A stretch of 64,000 bases of DNA from Squalus acanthias (taxonomy: Eukaryota). The stretch spans positions 68,822,001 to 68,886,000 of the forward strand of contig CM059438.1 in the NCBI GenBank assembly GCA_030390025.1, in the 5' to 3' direction. A program made the position numbers and the translations under genes. Position 1 is the first letter of the stretch. Each line of letters begins with the position of its first letter. Below, in pieces: positions 60,661 through 64,000 of this stretch. Below the pieces are notes generated by a model. It saw only the letters and a list, made by a program, of their open reading frames with translations. It searched no databases and had not been told where the DNA came from.

Positions 60661-61315
60661 TGAGTAGCACCTTGACTCATAAACATAAAATTAGGTTTGA
60701 TGCCAGGAGGTTTTCCTTTTCGCAGAGGGTCATGACCTTTGCAGCAAGTTGCTCGCTCTTGCACTGAGTCCAGATTTGCTGCAAGCATTCAAGAAGGGAG
60801 CTGGGCGAGTTCCTAGCTGTGGCTGATATCACGACTCACTAATGTAGGTGGGATAATGGGCGATTTGTCTCATGGTCACTTTGGTCTCTGAAACTTGTTT
60901 GATTGCCTTCGGGTGTCAGAGAGGAATTTCCCATATTTCTTTTCCGTGAATTTCCCAGGATTCTTTTCTTTTTTATTGCCTCTCCCAGGAGATTACGTGG
61001 CTGCTGGTGGATGTGGTGCGGGGCAGAGGGAGGCTTTTGAGGATCATGATCGTCAGTTGCACCATTGCCTTAAGGGATGGGCTCGATGGACAGCTGATCT
61101 TTTTCTGTCCATTTTGGTATGTTCATACATCCTCAAACTTTTGAAAGTGCTTAACAGCCAGTGAATTACTTCTGGAAGTATGGTCAACTTTATGTAGGCA
61201 AATGCAGCAAACAATTTGTGCACAGCAAGGTCCAAACAGGATTGCGCACACACTGAAGAGCCTACAGACACCAACAGAGATGAATCCTATCAGCAGTTAA
61301 CAGTGGTGATACATT

Positions 61316-62093
61316 GGGCCATAATTTGCTGTTAAAATAACGATGAGGCTAATGCCACTCACTATTATTTATGAGCAAATGTGACAGCGACTTCAGGCGA
61401 GGGCAGATGCGGGGTTAAACGGCAATATCCAAAAGTTGCTGTCCGAGTTGCGCGCTCGTCATAAGCATCGCATAACCGGCATCTCGCTATCTGCCTCACC
61501 ATTGAAATGCATTGAATGGCATAAAGTTGCTGAATTTTCCCGATAGATAGAAACTAAACTTGACACAGAAAATTTCAGTCCAAGTATCCTTTTAACAATG
61601 TGATAAGTGTTAATTATTGCCAGTCAACCTCTCTGGCACTGAAAATTAACTATTACATGTGTGGAGTCTTATTCCTTCAGGTTTTGATTCTTGTTGGAGA
61701 TTTTAACATTTTAAATTTTAATTTTTAATTTTATGTTTACTTTTCCTTTCTGTCTGTCTTTTCTCTCTCTCTTAATCCAATCTTGTTTTCCCTCTCTTTA
61801 TTTCTCTTTCTGTACCTGATTTGGCACTGAATTCACCCACTCTAACTTACACTTCCTTCTCAATCCTTGCGCTGTTTATTTCTCAATCCTTCAATCTGAT
61901 TGGTTAAGGAGATACACAGTTACTTGCCCCTGTTCACTCAGGTCCCAGATGCCCGGTTTCCCTCGTTGTGCCGTTATCAGCTCGCACTTTCAGCAACTTG
62001 CCACGCAAAAAAAATTAAAATCCTAAATGTGCAAGGGCAAGGCTAACTGACGGCAGACACCGTTAGATGCCCTGCATCAGCAAATTATTGCCC
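61316..62093 (+). mobile_element. Harbinger-type MITE, 778 bp
   Basis: TIR GGGCCATAATTTGCTG / CAGCAAATTATTGCCC (15/16); flanks ATT/AAT. Confidence 0.85.
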
Positions 62094-62444
62094 AATCTGT
62101 CGCACCACAAGACGAGCTTATCATACTATTTTTTTTGGTTTTTCTCCAAGTGAAGGAAACTGTGCAATGAGGTCAATTTAATAGAATGGGGAGCAGACTC
62201 TGCCTGATGTATGAATTAGCTATTACTTGTGTTTTAAGATATTTGACACTCATTTCCAGACATGAAGATGGCTGCAACTGGCCACAAGTGCACGAGTTGA
62301 AAAGTAATTGAGGATTTTGCAGAAAAAACATTGATGGAACTGTTTACTGGAAATGACTGCAAAACTAAATTGAATTTAAAGGTGGTGAATTTATTTCAAA
62401 TGAAACAAAATGAATTCTCACAGTTGAAAGTGAATTTTCGCAGA

Positions 62445-63655
62445 ACATTTGAACTGGAGTAGACCATTCAGCCCCTCGAGCCTGGTCCGCCATCCAATTA
62501 CAGCACGGGTGAGCTGTATCGCAACTCCATTTTACCCGCTTTTGTTGCATCGCCCCTGATACCCATACCTGAAGCAAAAATCTATCGATCTCGGTCTTGA
62601 AAATCCGAATTGACCCAGCATCCACAAGCTCTTGGGAGAGTGAGTTCCAGGTTTCCACTACCCTTTGTGTGAAAAAGTGCTTCCTGATTTCACTCCTCAG
62701 TAGCCTAACTATAATTTTAAGATTATGCCCTCTCTTGCTAGCTTCCCCGACCAGAAGAAATAGTTTCTCTCTATCTATTCCATCAAATCCCTTCATCATT
62801 TTAGATAACATGTTTAGATCACCCCTCAACCTTCTAAACTCAAGGGAATACAAGCCACATTTATGCAAACGGTCCTCATAATTTAAGCCTAGTATCTTTC
62901 TAGTGAATCTGCACTGTACCCCCTTCAAGGTCTAAATATCTTTCCTGAGGTTCGTTGCCCAAAACTAAAATCAATACTCCAGAAGGGGTCTGACCAAGGC
63001 TCTGTACAACTGAAGAATCACTTCCTCACTTTTGAATTCAACCTCCTGTAAAGGCCAACATTCTATTGGTGTTTTCGATTACTTTTTGTATCTGTGTCCT
63101 AGCTTTTAGTAATTTGTGTACATGGACATCTAAATCCCTTTGCCCCTCCACAGCTCCAAGTCTCTCACCATTAAGAAAATATTCCAATTTGTTTTTCTCA
63201 GATCAAAAGTGAATGGCCTTACACTTTCCCATATTAAACTGCAGCTGCCACAGTTTTGCCCACTCAGTCTATCTCCCTTTGTAACTTTCTGCTTCCAACT
63301 TACTGTGCTCATAACTTAGCATCAACTGCAAACTTGGATATTCAACTTTCTATTCCTTCATCCAAGTCAGTAATATATATGGTGAAATGTCGAGACCTAG
63401 TACAGATCCCTGGGGAACACTTCTTGTCACATCCCACCAATCAGAGAACCAACCCTTTCTCACTATTCAGTCTCCTACCTCCCACCAATTACCAACCCAT
63501 GTCACAAGGTTACCTACAATTCCATGCGCTTTTATTTGCTCATAATCTCTTGTTCGGAACCTTATCAAATGCCTTCTTTGAAGTCCATAAAGGCAACATC
63601 CATAGGCACTTCTGTACCCACCGTGCTAATGACCTCCTCAAAAAATTCAATCAGT
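62445..63655 (-). mobile_element. CR1 LINE 3' fragment
   Basis: GLYSLEFRRLRGDL and RKHFFTQRVVETWNSL motifs, with degenerate RT upstream. Confidence 0.9.
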
Positions 63656-63799
63656 AAAAATTCTCTATATCCTTAAAAGTCTGATTTAAACTACTGTAGT
63701 GATTAATTTCATCCAAATTAACAGATATGAAACATCTGTTGCCAAGAATTAAACAGGTGTTCTAAAATTAAATGGAATGCAGAATTTTTAAATAAAAAA

Positions 63800-64000
63800 A
63801 ATTAAAATCAAAACAAACACTGCTGGCATGTTCTCAGGATGTGGTCGATGCTGACAAGGTCACATTTATTGCTTATCCCTAGTTGCCCTGAACTGAGTGG
63901 CTTATCAGGCCAGTTCAGAGGGCATTAAGAGTCAACTAACTGGCATGGGTCTAAAATCACCTGTGGGCCATATCAGGGAGGAGCAGCAGGGATCCTTCTT
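63800..64000 (-). mobile_element. SINE family B fragment
   Basis: CATTTATTGCTTATCCCTAGTTGCCC and AGAGGGCATTAAGAGTCAAC match 6640-6780. Confidence 0.75.

Overview
Eukaryotic, repeat-dominated vertebrate DNA. The repeat complement (DeuSINE-type tRNA SINEs, CR1/L2 LINEs, Penelope remnants) looks like a cartilaginous fish (shark); this is inference. I found no host protein-coding exon, so the window is probably intronic or intergenic, and most ORFs in the track are spurious or retroelement debris. The dominant signal is a cluster of about 11 PIF/Harbinger DNA transposon insertions. These are: (A) an apparently intact autonomous 4.3-kb element (1378-5721; 12-bp TIRs, CAG TSD, 386-aa DDE transposase convergent with a 3-exon 488-aa Myb/SANT gene); (B) a decayed relative; (C) an element with a transposase pseudogene; (D) a 'Myb-only' element with an open 3-exon Myb gene and the transposase core deleted; two 1.7-kb derivatives sharing D's deletion junction; and several MITEs, including an inverted back-to-back pair that forms a 1.6-kb palindrome. 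These elements share a positionally conserved TGACGTCA motif and a palindromic target-site preference. Also present: a minimal hammerhead ribozyme in a Penelope remnant, a solo LTR, a SINE-LINE-SINE chimera, two retroinsertions with 46-52 bp flanking duplications, and several nested insertions. Harbinger, LTR and ribozyme boundaries were read base by base; LINE/SINE boundaries are approximate.
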